A DNA stretch of 64,000 nt from Parcubacteria group bacterium GW2011_GWA2_40_14 (GCA_000996025.1 LBYF01000001.1:3507-67506); one strand, 5' to 3'. Shown: positions 54,057-62,433, numbered from the stretch's first letter. Notes: generated from the sequence alone by a model not told the origin. Program-made: numbers and translations.

Positions 54057-55422
54057 ATTACAAATAACTTTTTATGGCGGAGTAGGCACTGTTACAGGGG
54101 CAAATTTCTTGCTTGAAAGTAATAACACCAAGATTCTTATTGATTGTGGACTATTACAAGGCACACCCGATGGAGTGGAGGAAAATAGGAAACCATTTCC
54201 ATATGATACAAAATCAATAGATTATCTTTTTATCACCCATGCTCACATGGACCATATAGGCAGAGTGTGCAAGCTAGTCAGAGATGGTTTTAGAGGGACA
54301 ATTTATTCAACACCTGAAACAAGAGAGATTGCTAGTGTCATGATTCTTGATGCATTAAAAATAATGGACCAAAATTATCGCAATCCACAAAACGGAGTTA
54401 GCGAAAGGCCATTATATGAACTAGCTGACTATAACCAAGCGTTTTCTATATGGAAAACCATAGAATATGATACCCAAACTGAAATTAATGAAGAATTTTC
54501 AGTTTATCTGAAAGATGGTGGGCATATTCTGGGCTCTGCCATGTATGAATTTAGTTATAATGGTAAAAAAGTTGTTTTTACGGGCGATTCTGGGAATTCT
54601 CCCTCACCGCTTTTGAAAAATACAGAAAATGTGACTGATGCAGATTATCTAATCATTGACAGTGTTTATGGCGACAGAAATCATGAGCCAAAAGAGGAAA
54701 GAGACCAAAGATTTAAGCAAATTATTTTAGATACGATAGAAAAAAGAGGGGCACTAGTTATTCCAGCATTTTCTGTAGAGCGAACGCAAGTTATTTTGTA
54801 TGAATTAAATAATCTAGTTGAAGAAAAAAAGATCCCATCTGTGCCAGTTTTTCTAGATTCACCTTTGGGTTCAAAAGTGACGAACATTTACGCTAGAAGT
54901 TCAAAAGATTTTAATACTGGAGTGCAGAGAGAAATAAAAGAAGGAGATGATATTTTTAATTTTCCAAAACTGACTATCACTGCGGGTTCAGGGGATTCCA
55001 AACAGATTGTCAGTATTCCAAATCCCAAAATAATCGTGGCGGGTTCAGGAATGTCTTCTGGTGGCAGGGTATTGTGGCACGAGATGCAATACTTGCCAGA
55101 CCCAAAGAACACAGTACTTCTCATGGGCTACCAAGCACTTGGCACATTGGGTAGAAGAATACAGGACAAACCAAAGGAAGTGGAAATACATGGTCAAATC
55201 GTACCCATTCGTGCTCGTATAGAAATGATTTCCGGCTACTCATCGCACAAAGACTCTGATAGCTTGGTGGCTATGGTTGAGCAAACAAAAGCTACGTTGA
55301 AAAAAGTTTTTGTAGTCATGGGCGAACCAAAGTCATCCACATATCTGGCCCAGCGTCTGCGCGATGAGCTTCTCGTGGAAGCTATTTACCCAGAAAAAGG
55401 CAAACCTTATCTATTGGAGTAA
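54049..55422 (+). CDS. Beta-CASP / MBL-fold RNA-metabolising metallo-hydrolase (RNase J/CPSF-like)
   Basis: ITHAHMDHIG (HxHxDH), DSVYGD, and a beta-CASP middle region with an RNA-specificity C-terminus are present. Confidence 0.8.
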   Translation: MSKLQITFYGGVGTVTGANFLLESNNTKILIDCGLLQGTPDGVEENRKPFPYDTKSIDYLFITHAHMDHIGRVCKLVRDGFRGTIYSTPETREIASVMILDALKIMDQNYRNPQNGVSERPLYELADYNQAFSIWKTIEYDTQTEINEEFSVYLKDGGHILGSAMYEFSYNGKKVVFTGDSGNSPSPLLKNTENVTDADYLIIDSVYGDRNHEPKEERDQRFKQIILDTIEKRGALVIPAFSVERTQVILYELNNLVEEKKIPSVPVFLDSPLGSKVTNIYARSSKDFNTGVQREIKEGDDIFNFPKLTITAGSGDSKQIVSIPNPKIIVAGSGMSSGGRVLWHEMQYLPDPKNTVLLMGYQALGTLGRRIQDKPKEVEIHGQIVPIRARIEMISGYSSHKDSDSLVAMVEQTKATLKKVFVVMGEPKSSTYLAQRLRDELLVEAIYPEKGKPYLLE

Positions 55423-55467
55423 ATTGCTAATTGATTTTTAATGACGAAGTGATATACTGGAGGCACT

Positions 55468-55656
55468 ATGAGCAAAGCTGAAAAGGAAATTGTAAAAGTG
55501 GTCAAAAAGACAATTCTCGAATCTATTCATGGGGTTTTTGCCGACCCTGATCAAGGACTGGAACTCAAAGAATCTATAAAAAGACGCCTGAAAAAAGCAT
55601 CGTTATCTCCCAAAGGATTTATTACCCTTCCATCCGCCAGAAGAAAATTTGCTTAA
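55468..55656 (+). CDS. Putative antitoxin for the downstream RelE/ParE toxin
   Basis: The 62-aa ORF has an SD (GGAGG) and sits 5 nt before the toxin gene. Confidence 0.45.
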   Translation: MSKAEKEIVKVVKKTILESIHGVFADPDQGLELKESIKRRLKKASLSPKGFITLPSARRKFA

Positions 55657-55661
55657 TTTAT

Positions 55662-55925
55662 ATGTTGCGCTGGAAAGTAATTTTTTCGCTTGACGCACAA
55701 GATGATTTGGATAATTTGTCTCGCTCAGTGCGGGATAGGGTTTTTGATAAGCTGGGATGGTTTGAAAATAATTTTGACTCAATAACACCTCTCCTTTTAA
55801 CTGGGAAGTTTAACGGTTTCTACAAGTTGCGAGTGGGTGATTGGCGGGTAATGTATCAGATTGATTGGAATAAAAATTATATTATTATTCATGTTATTGA
55901 CCACAGATCAAACATCTACAAGTAA
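55662..55925 (+). CDS. RelE/ParE-family toxin
   Basis: YKLRVGDWRVMYQIDWNKNYIIIHVIDHRSNIYK is the canonical RelE/ParE C-terminus. Confidence 0.75.
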   Translation: MLRWKVIFSLDAQDDLDNLSRSVRDRVFDKLGWFENNFDSITPLLLTGKFNGFYKLRVGDWRVMYQIDWNKNYIIIHVIDHRSNIYK

Positions 55926-56059
55926 CTGTTATGAGGAAACGCTTTAAAAATAAGAGAGAGAGTCATGTGCTTTATGTAAACCCCATAAGCGAGGTTGGGC
56001 AATGCGCTGGAGTTCAAAAGAAGCCGAACTACTTAGAGTTTTTGAAAGAGAGAAGGCTC

Positions 56060-56404
56060 TTACTTTGCGAATTCCAGAATTTTTTTAAATGTATTAGGAT
56101 TTTCAATAACAAGAGTAGCTAGAATTTTGCGGTCTAGGAGGATGCCTTTCTTTTTTAAACCACCCATAAGTTTGCTATATGATGTCCCAAGTTCTTTTGA
56201 GGCGTATGAAATTTTGACATTCCAGAGTTTGCGAGCGTCGCCCTTTTTGTCTCGTCTGTGCGCAAAAGCGTAAGCTCCAGCGTGAAAGATGGCTTCTTGG
56301 GCTTCCCGCTCCTTTGTAGAACGGCCATGTCGATAGCCTTTTGTCTTACGAAGAATGTTTTTACGATTCTTTAATGCATTGACCCCTTTTTTTACTCGTG
56401 TCAT
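56060..56404 (-). CDS. rplT: 50S ribosomal protein L20
   Basis: MTRVKKGVNALKNRKNILRKTKGYRHGRS is typical of L20. Confidence 0.9.
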   Translation of the reverse strand: MTRVKKGVNALKNRKNILRKTKGYRHGRSTKEREAQEAIFHAGAYAFAHRRDKKGDARKLWNVKISYASKELGTSYSKLMGGLKKKGILLDRKILATLVIENPNTFKKILEFAK

Positions 56405-56530
56405 AAATGTTACGATTTACATATTTGGCCAATCTCTGCGTTAAAACTGCAAAAATGCTCGTCACCTACCAACGAGGTAGGCTCCTCAATTTTTGCAATT
56501 TTGCCTTGATATTGTCTCAAATCTGTAAAT
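56405..56530. repeat. Family-5 element forming the rplT 5' leader (minus strand); GAGATTGGCCAAATATG lies 20 nt upstream of the ATG
   Basis: It shares the 14-mer gagattggccaaat with the rpsL leader and the hairpin CGTCACCTAC..GTAGGCTCC with the copy at 43411. Confidence 0.7.
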
Positions 56531-56563
56531 CTCGTTTTCATAATTATTTTTAATTTTTAACTT

Positions 56564-56752
56564 TTAATTTGTAATAAATCTTGCCTTATCTTTGTTACTC
56601 ATCGGGAAATTGACCATGCCTTTTTTGGCAAGTTGAGAACGGCGACTTTCTTTTGCATTGAAATGGTTTTGACCAGTTTTTCTTGCCGAAATTTTTCCAT
56701 TCTTGCTGACTTTTAGTCGTTTTGTAAAACTTTTATTTGTTTTTGTGCTCAT
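56564..56752 (-). CDS. rpmI: 50S ribosomal protein L35
   Basis: The small basic ORF (MSTKTNKSFTKRLKVSKNGK) sits between infC and rplT. Confidence 0.85.
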   Translation of the reverse strand: MSTKTNKSFTKRLKVSKNGKISARKTGQNHFNAKESRRSQLAKKGMVNFPMSNKDKARFITN

Positions 56753-56754
56753 AT

Positions 56755-56844
56755 GTTTAGTTTGTAAAGTTATAAAGTTTGTAAAGTTTCTAAAGTGGAA
56801 TGCATTTGATGTTACTTTATGAACTTTATAACTTTATGAACTTT
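56755..56844. repeat. Family-2 palindromic repeat between infC and rpmI
   Basis: The copy reads tttgtaaagttataaagtttgtaaagtttctaaagt...ctttatgaactttataactttatgaactttc. Confidence 0.75.
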
Positions 56845-57354
56845 CTAACTTCTCTCGATTACTATCGAGAGACCTTTCAAACTTTTCTTGGCGGGATCTG
56901 CCACTTTATATTCTTCGGTAATCAGTTTCAAAACCCTTTCTATGCGTTCCTTTAGAAACTTGATATCCATATATTTGGTTCTACCTGGCAAAAAAAGGTC
57001 TATTTTGATGCGATTTCCTTCCTTGAGCCAGCCACTGGCCTTTTTGGCTTTGAGCTCTAAGTCGTGTTCCCCAGTGCCTACTTTTATTTGAATATTCTTT
57101 ACCTCTACCGTATGTTGCTTGGTTTTTGCTGTTTTAAGCTTTTTGTTTTCAGCGTATTGAAATTTACCATAATCCATGATTTTTGCAACCGGTGGGTTGG
57201 CGTTTGGTGATATTAGAATAAGGTCAAGCCCCGCCTCACGGGCTTTTTCCAAAGCTTCTTTGAAAGAGATAACTCCCAGATTCGTGCCATCATCTAAAAG
57301 CACACGTAACTCTGGAGCTTGGATTTGATTGTTTATTTTTACGAATGTAGACAA
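56845..57354 (-). CDS. infC: Translation initiation factor IF-3
   Basis: IRAPELRVLLDDG..GVISFKEAL and the C-terminal domain are present. The true start codon may be non-canonical. Confidence 0.9.
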   Translation of the reverse strand: MSTFVKINNQIQAPELRVLLDDGTNLGVISFKEALEKAREAGLDLILISPNANPPVAKIMDYGKFQYAENKKLKTAKTKQHTVEVKNIQIKVGTGEHDLELKAKKASGWLKEGNRIKIDLFLPGRTKYMDIKFLKERIERVLKLITEEYKVADPAKKSLKGLSIVIERS

Positions 57355-57514
57355 TATTTTAGAACTGAATGTTCGCGATTTAACTTATAATAAAATATAG
57401 CAATAAGATATCATATTTTTTTTGGGAATGCAAAATTCATACAAGCAGTTGACTTTGGAGAGATATTACTTTAGTTTTATCTATGGATTAGCACATCGAC
57501 ATAAGGAGGCATTC

Positions 57515-58252
57515 ATGGATGCAAAAGAAAAAATTATCCTCGCACTGGATGTTAATTCCAGAGAGGAAGCACTAGAGTTGGTTCGGATATTCAGGAATTT
57601 CGTTTCAATGTTCAAAGTAGGATTGCGGCTTTTTGTGGCTTGCGGGCCAAACCTTGTCAAAGAAATCATCGGGCAAGGGAATAAGGTTTTTCTTGACTTG
57701 AAATTTAATGATACGCCAAAGACAGTAGGAGAGGCGACCAAAGAAGCTTCCATGCTGGGCGTGGAAATGTTCACTGTTCACGCCTCTGCTGGTATTTCTG
57801 CCATGAAGGAGGCAGTTGCCAATAAGGGGAATTCAAAACTGCTGATTACCACGGTTCTGACCTCGCTTTCGGATAACCATCTGAATCCTCGTAATACTAC
57901 GCGTTATATTTTAGGAGAAATAACACAACAGAAGGTCAGGCACTTCTCCGAAGACGCTGTTTATGTTGGGGCAGATGGCATTACCTGTTCACCTCAAGAC
58001 CTCAAAATGCTTGAGTTTCACATGGGACATGAATCCTTTCGGCGGTTACTAAAAGTAACTCCTGGAATTTGCGAAACAAATGATCTGCCAAGTGGTCAAA
58101 AACGCACAATGACAGCAAGAGAAGCTATCTTGGATGGAGCAGATTATCTCGTTCTTAGCCGAGTTATTACAGAAACAAAAGTAGGTAGTCCGATGAACGC
58201 GCTACTTCGCATCACTGCGGAAATTTCTTCCGTCGAAAGGAGAACGAATTGA
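57515..58252 (+). CDS. pyrF: Orotidine 5'-phosphate decarboxylase
   Basis: ILALDV...DLKFNDTPKT is the catalytic Asp-Lys-Asp context. An SD (AAGGAGG) is present and GC is higher than in flanking DNA. Confidence 0.8.
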   Translation: MDAKEKIILALDVNSREEALELVRIFRNFVSMFKVGLRLFVACGPNLVKEIIGQGNKVFLDLKFNDTPKTVGEATKEASMLGVEMFTVHASAGISAMKEAVANKGNSKLLITTVLTSLSDNHLNPRNTTRYILGEITQQKVRHFSEDAVYVGADGITCSPQDLKMLEFHMGHESFRRLLKVTPGICETNDLPSGQKRTMTAREAILDGADYLVLSRVITETKVGSPMNALLRITAEISSVERRTN

Positions 58253-58980
58253 ATATTTTGGAAATGAATCGAGCGAAGCTTATGACCTTGCCTATCTGGA
58301 AAGTGCGGGAGCCGTTCAGTGCCGACGAAATTTTCCACATCGTAGATGTTTTCGGGGCTTCCTGGTCGTATGACTATGAAGCGGCAAAAAGAGGTAAGGT
58401 AGGCTTGCATGCTAAGCTGAAATCCGGCCGACACGCCAATCGAGCCTTTAATTCGCGGGTCTTGTTTCAAGCTCCGAATATCAGACGTATCATGGCTTGC
58501 CAGATTGCCATGCGTTTGTATGGAGTTCTTCCGCAAACCCCTGACTATGTAGCCGGCATTCCCAACGGCGCAACAGACTTGGGTAAAGACCTTGCCTGGA
58601 TATTGAGCGCCAAAGAAGCCGAGATGAAAAAGTGTAATGGGAAGATTCATCTTGTAACGAACATTGGCTTGAGCTCAATTCTTTTTGTGGACGATTTCTT
58701 TTCCGTAGGTACAGGCTTGCGAGAAGCAGTCTTGCAGACTCACCAATCTCAACCGGAGGCAAATATAGTAAACTGCGCTCCATCCATTCTGAATCTGGGA
58801 GAGAAAAACCTTATTGTAGTTGAAGATGTCGGGATTTTTCCAATATTTTCAGTCGCCGATGGAAAAGTTCAAAGTTGGGAAAAATCTAAGTGTGTGCTCT
58901 GCAATGAGTTTGGTTCCAAACCAATAAAGTTCAAAGAGACCGATGAAAACTGGACTCTTCTGACCACATCTCAAAAATAA
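58249..58980 (+). CDS. Phosphoribosyltransferase-family protein (orotate PRTase-like)
   Basis: ILFVDDFFSVGTGL resembles a PRPP-binding motif. It is coupled to pyrF by a TTGA overlap and has an SD (AGGAGA). Confidence 0.55.
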   Translation: MNILEMNRAKLMTLPIWKVREPFSADEIFHIVDVFGASWSYDYEAAKRGKVGLHAKLKSGRHANRAFNSRVLFQAPNIRRIMACQIAMRLYGVLPQTPDYVAGIPNGATDLGKDLAWILSAKEAEMKKCNGKIHLVTNIGLSSILFVDDFFSVGTGLREAVLQTHQSQPEANIVNCAPSILNLGEKNLIVVEDVGIFPIFSVADGKVQSWEKSKCVLCNEFGSKPIKFKETDENWTLLTTSQK

Positions 58981-59094
58981 AGAAAGGAGAAACGGGGCGG
59001 ACTGCATGTTCGCCTCTGTTTATGTTTATGGCATATATACAAAAAGTATGTTATTGTGGAGAGTAAACTATTTAATATTTTTAAAATCAAAAAC

Positions 59095-59691
59095 ATGAAA
59101 ACAGAAAATTCTGTACTGATGAAACAGGCACGAGAAGCACTCTCGGGCAAATGGGGTTTAGCGATTTGGGCATTTTTTCTCTACTTTTTAATTACTTTGA
59201 TCATTCAAAATATTCCAAAAGTTGGGTCATTTATCCCGTTGTTCATCAGTGGACCAATGGCTCTTGGCTTTGCTATTTTTTCTTTGTCTATATCAAGAAA
59301 TCAAAACCCAAAACTTGAACAAATATTTGAGGGTTTTAAAAGATTCGGTACATCACTTGTAGCGTTTATACTGATGAGTTTGTTTACATTATTATGGACG
59401 CTCCTTCTCATAGTTCCGGGCATTATAGCCAGTTTATCGTATTCAATGACATTTTATATTATCGCTGATGACAGTTCTATGGGAGCAATAGAAACCATAA
59501 AAAGAAGCAAAAAAATGATGTACGGTTTCAAATGGAAGTATTTAGAACTACAACTTCGATTTTTAGGTTGGGCTCTCTTGTCTATCCTGACGCTCGGCAT
59601 TGGTCTCCTTTGGCTTGTTCCGTATATGAGTATCAGTAATGCTAAATTCTACGAGGATATAAAAATAGTTAACCTGACACCTGTATTTTAA
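59095..59691 (+). CDS. DUF975-like polytopic membrane protein
   Basis: This is a hydrophobic ORF with a conserved GxW / LLW pattern. Confidence 0.45.
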   Translation: MKTENSVLMKQAREALSGKWGLAIWAFFLYFLITLIIQNIPKVGSFIPLFISGPMALGFAIFSLSISRNQNPKLEQIFEGFKRFGTSLVAFILMSLFTLLWTLLLIVPGIIASLSYSMTFYIIADDSSMGAIETIKRSKKMMYGFKWKYLELQLRFLGWALLSILTLGIGLLWLVPYMSISNAKFYEDIKIVNLTPVF

Positions 59692-59732
59692 TACAGGTGT
59701 TGCAATTGATTGTTGAACTAGATTAATTATAC

Positions 59733-59760
59733 AAAAAGCCTTAAAAATAGGGCTTTTTGT
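59733..59760 (+). terminator. Rho-independent terminator (aaaagcc ttaaaaatag ggctttt)
   Basis: A stem plus T-run is present, and a near-identical copy occurs at 61353-61380. Confidence 0.55.
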
Positions 59761-59908
59761 TAGTTTGTGGACATGGACCCAAATACTTGGAACCAGTTGC
59801 ATGATTATGTACTGGAATGGCACCCGGCTGTAGAGGAAAATTCTCGTCGAGTGGAAGAAAAGTAATCAATAATTGAAATATTAAAAATAATTTGAGACAA
59901 TACAGTCA

Positions 59909-60295
59909 ATGAAAAAAGATTTTGATGATTGGAACAAAAAGAAAAAGAAAATTCATAAAAATGATAATGCTCCATTTTGTCACGAAAGGGAGCTCTGGTG
60001 GGGTGCTCTCGGTGTGAACATAGGTTCTGAACAAGATGGTTCTGGTAAAGAAGATTCTCGTCCAATACTTGTACTGAAAGGTTTGAGTGTCCAAACATGC
60101 GTCGTTATACCTCTTACTACTTCTACAAGTATTCATACACTGCGACCATCAGTCGGAATTGTGGAAGATGAAGAAGCACATGCTTTGATGTCACAAATTA
60201 GAGTCATTGATACAAAACGACTAATCCGCAAAATAGGTTATCTTGATAAAAAGATATTTCAACAGATACGAAAAATCGCCAAAGACATGCTTTAG
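59909..60295 (+). CDS. MazF/PemK-family toxin (no adjacent antitoxin gene recognised)
   Basis: WWGALGVNIGSEQDGSGKEDSRPILVL...VVIPLTTS parallels the MazF/Kid fold motifs. Confidence 0.65.
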   Translation: MKKDFDDWNKKKKKIHKNDNAPFCHERELWWGALGVNIGSEQDGSGKEDSRPILVLKGLSVQTCVVIPLTTSTSIHTLRPSVGIVEDEEAHALMSQIRVIDTKRLIRKIGYLDKKIFQQIRKIAKDML

Positions 60296-60383
60296 CGATT
60301 TTTCTCCCTCTTATTTTTTCTGCCGTTTGCCTCTTACGAGGCGAGGCCGAAGCCACTTGTACTGTAAGTATAGCAAGTCTCTA

Positions 60384-61340
60384 ATGAATGTCAAATTAAA
60401 TATAATAAAACGAATGAAAGAAAATCTACAACTTAATGAAGAAATTGTAAAAATTATTCAAAAATTAAAACTAGAACCAGTTCGAATGTCTTTTGCAGTT
60501 ATAAATTTACATACTCCAGAGCCAGAAATTGCTGGATATCACATGGATGAGTTTATATATCCCGCAAGTATATATAAAGTTTTTGTGGGAGCAGAAATTT
60601 TGCGGAAAGTTTATGAAAAAATATTGAACCTATCGGATATAGTAGAAATCAAATCTCCAAATGATGTTGATAGGGATATTTGCCTTTTTCCTAAAACTAC
60701 TAGCAAAGACCACAGACCACCCTTGAAAGCTGGCGATAAAATGACCATTGATTATCTCCTTGATCTTGTATTCAGTCGAAGTGACAATACTGCTTCTAAT
60801 ACGCTCATAGATATTGCAGGTAGAGAAGATATCAATAGCCATATTATTTTACCAAATGGATGGAAAGGAAGTGAAGTTACTAGAAAATTTCTTGACCGAT
60901 TAAAAGAAGAAAAAGAATATAGAGTTTCGCGTATTACCGTATCAAATGCTCGGTATCTGGCAGAATTTTTTTATAAAATAGAAAAAGGAGAATTAGTTAG
61001 TAAATGGGTCTCAGAGAAATTAAAAGCTTACATGCAAAATTGGAATCGTGAAGGAAGAAGTGGATTAAACCTTCCTGAGTTTGTTAATTACTATAGAAAA
61101 GGCGGATGGCTTGAAATAAATGGATACAAATATAACTTTTTAAGCGCGATAAAAAACGTCACCAAGAAAGGATATGCGGTCAACAAATGGAGTAATGACG
61201 CTGGAGTAGTCACTGGTCAAAATTCACATTATGCTCTGGCACTTTTATCACTTACTAAGTCAGCGTGGCCATGGACAGAGTTTCCTTTGAAATCATTTGC
61301 AAAAGAGATACACATCTTGATGGAAAAATTAGATAGATAA
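60384..61340 (+). CDS. Class A beta-lactamase-related serine hydrolase
   Basis: S-x-x-K (ASIYK), SDN (SRSDN) and a KGG triad-like motif are present. The start was moved to the internal ATG. Confidence 0.6.
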   Translation: MNVKLNIIKRMKENLQLNEEIVKIIQKLKLEPVRMSFAVINLHTPEPEIAGYHMDEFIYPASIYKVFVGAEILRKVYEKILNLSDIVEIKSPNDVDRDICLFPKTTSKDHRPPLKAGDKMTIDYLLDLVFSRSDNTASNTLIDIAGREDINSHIILPNGWKGSEVTRKFLDRLKEEKEYRVSRITVSNARYLAEFFYKIEKGELVSKWVSEKLKAYMQNWNREGRSGLNLPEFVNYYRKGGWLEINGYKYNFLSAIKNVTKKGYAVNKWSNDAGVVTGQNSHYALALLSLTKSAWPWTEFPLKSFAKEIHILMEKLDR

Positions 61341-61352
61341 ATTTTATACAAC

Positions 61353-61380
61353 AAAATAGCCTTATTTTAGGGCTTTTTGT
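61353..61380 (+). terminator. Rho-independent terminator paralogous to the one at 59733
   Basis: The sequence is aaatagccttattttagggctttttgtt. Confidence 0.5.
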
Positions 61381-61919
61381 TGTTGTGGCGCTTCACGAGT
61401 ACATTCAGCATCCTACAAAAATATAGTCGCTTCGCTTGTTATTTTGTGGAAGTGGCGATATCGAAATCGCATGCATACAGAGAATTGAAACGAATCTACA
61501 GCGCGTAGTTTATTTAATGTTTAAATCATATTGCTTGGAACAAACAAAATGCGATACAATCGAGTCTTCTTTATTTCAAAATATTTCCGAGACAAAAAAT
61601 ATTTCTAACCTCAAGTTATGTCAATCAACTCCTCGTACGAGATATGTGAGGAGCGACCGTCTCTTAGGGCTGTTGTTTAGACAGTGGCGTAAGAGAAAGC
61701 GAAGTCGTTTGCTCCATAAAATGGAGAGACGATTGCTTTAGATAAGTTTTTTACACTTAATCTTTCCAAACTGTTTTAGGAGAGCTTGGCGCTCCGCGTT
61801 GCCTGAATCAATGTCATCTATATGTCAAAACCTGTCACTCCCGAAAAATAGTAGTCAATAGCTAGTATTTAGTAGCCAGGTGAAGACAACTACTTTTCGG
61901 GAATTTTTGGTTTATCTTG

Positions 61920-62363
61920 TCAACGATCTTTAAAATCTCTTCCTATCTCTCTTTCCGTATCTCGTTTTTTCAATGTCTCGCGTTTATCAAACTTTTTCTT
62001 ACCTTTTGCAGTGGCAATATCAATCTTCACTTTCGGTCCTTTATTATATACCGAAAGAGGGACAATTGTCAACCTGTTTTTTTGGTCTATGGATACGAGC
62101 TCGGATATCTCTTTTTTTGTAAGCAATAGTTTGCGATTGCGGTAGGGGTCATAATCTTTCGGCGTATTTGCCGGCTGATATGGTGGAACGAACATCCCAA
62201 CTACGTATGCTTCACCACCTCGTATGGTAATATGAGCACCCTCCAATGAGCCCTGACCAGCTTTTAGGGATTTTACTTCAAAACCAAAAAGCTCTATGCC
62301 AGCAACATAGGTATCCAATATCTCGTAATTAAACCTAGCTTTTTTATTGGTTATGAGTGACAT
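61920..62363 (-). CDS. smpB: SsrA-binding protein SmpB
   Basis: ARFNYEILDTYVAGIEL.G.EVKSL is the SmpB signature. Confidence 0.9.
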   Translation of the reverse strand: MSLITNKKARFNYEILDTYVAGIELFGFEVKSLKAGQGSLEGAHITIRGGEAYVVGMFVPPYQPANTPKDYDPYRNRKLLLTKKEISELVSIDQKNRLTIVPLSVYNKGPKVKIDIATAKGKKKFDKRETLKKRDTEREIGRDFKDR

Positions 62364-62433
62364 GCCATAATCCTAACACAAAAACTTTTACTTCACTTTT
62401 ACTTTACTTAAATTCGTGTATACTACGGCTAAT

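Noticed and set aside
55931-56122. 63-aa plus-strand ORF downstream of the RelE gene
   Set aside because: It overlaps the 3' end of rplT on the opposite strand and has no start context. It is probably spurious.
61436-61741. 101-aa ORF (MLFCGSGDIEIACIQ...)
   Set aside because: It lies in a region full of hairpins with no SD. Its composition is Arg/Leu-rich in a way typical of non-coding frames, and it does not resemble a family. It is treated as non-coding.
61386-61916. tmRNA (ssrA) next to smpB
   Set aside because: I looked on both strands for the tRNA-like 3' end (GGTTCGA.TCC plus an acceptor stem ending CCA) and for a tag ORF ending in ALAA or AA-stop after a resume codon, and found neither. 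AAAATATAGTCGC superficially resembles the E. coli resume region, but the downstream frame encodes no plausible tag. This is left as an unclassified candidate ncRNA.
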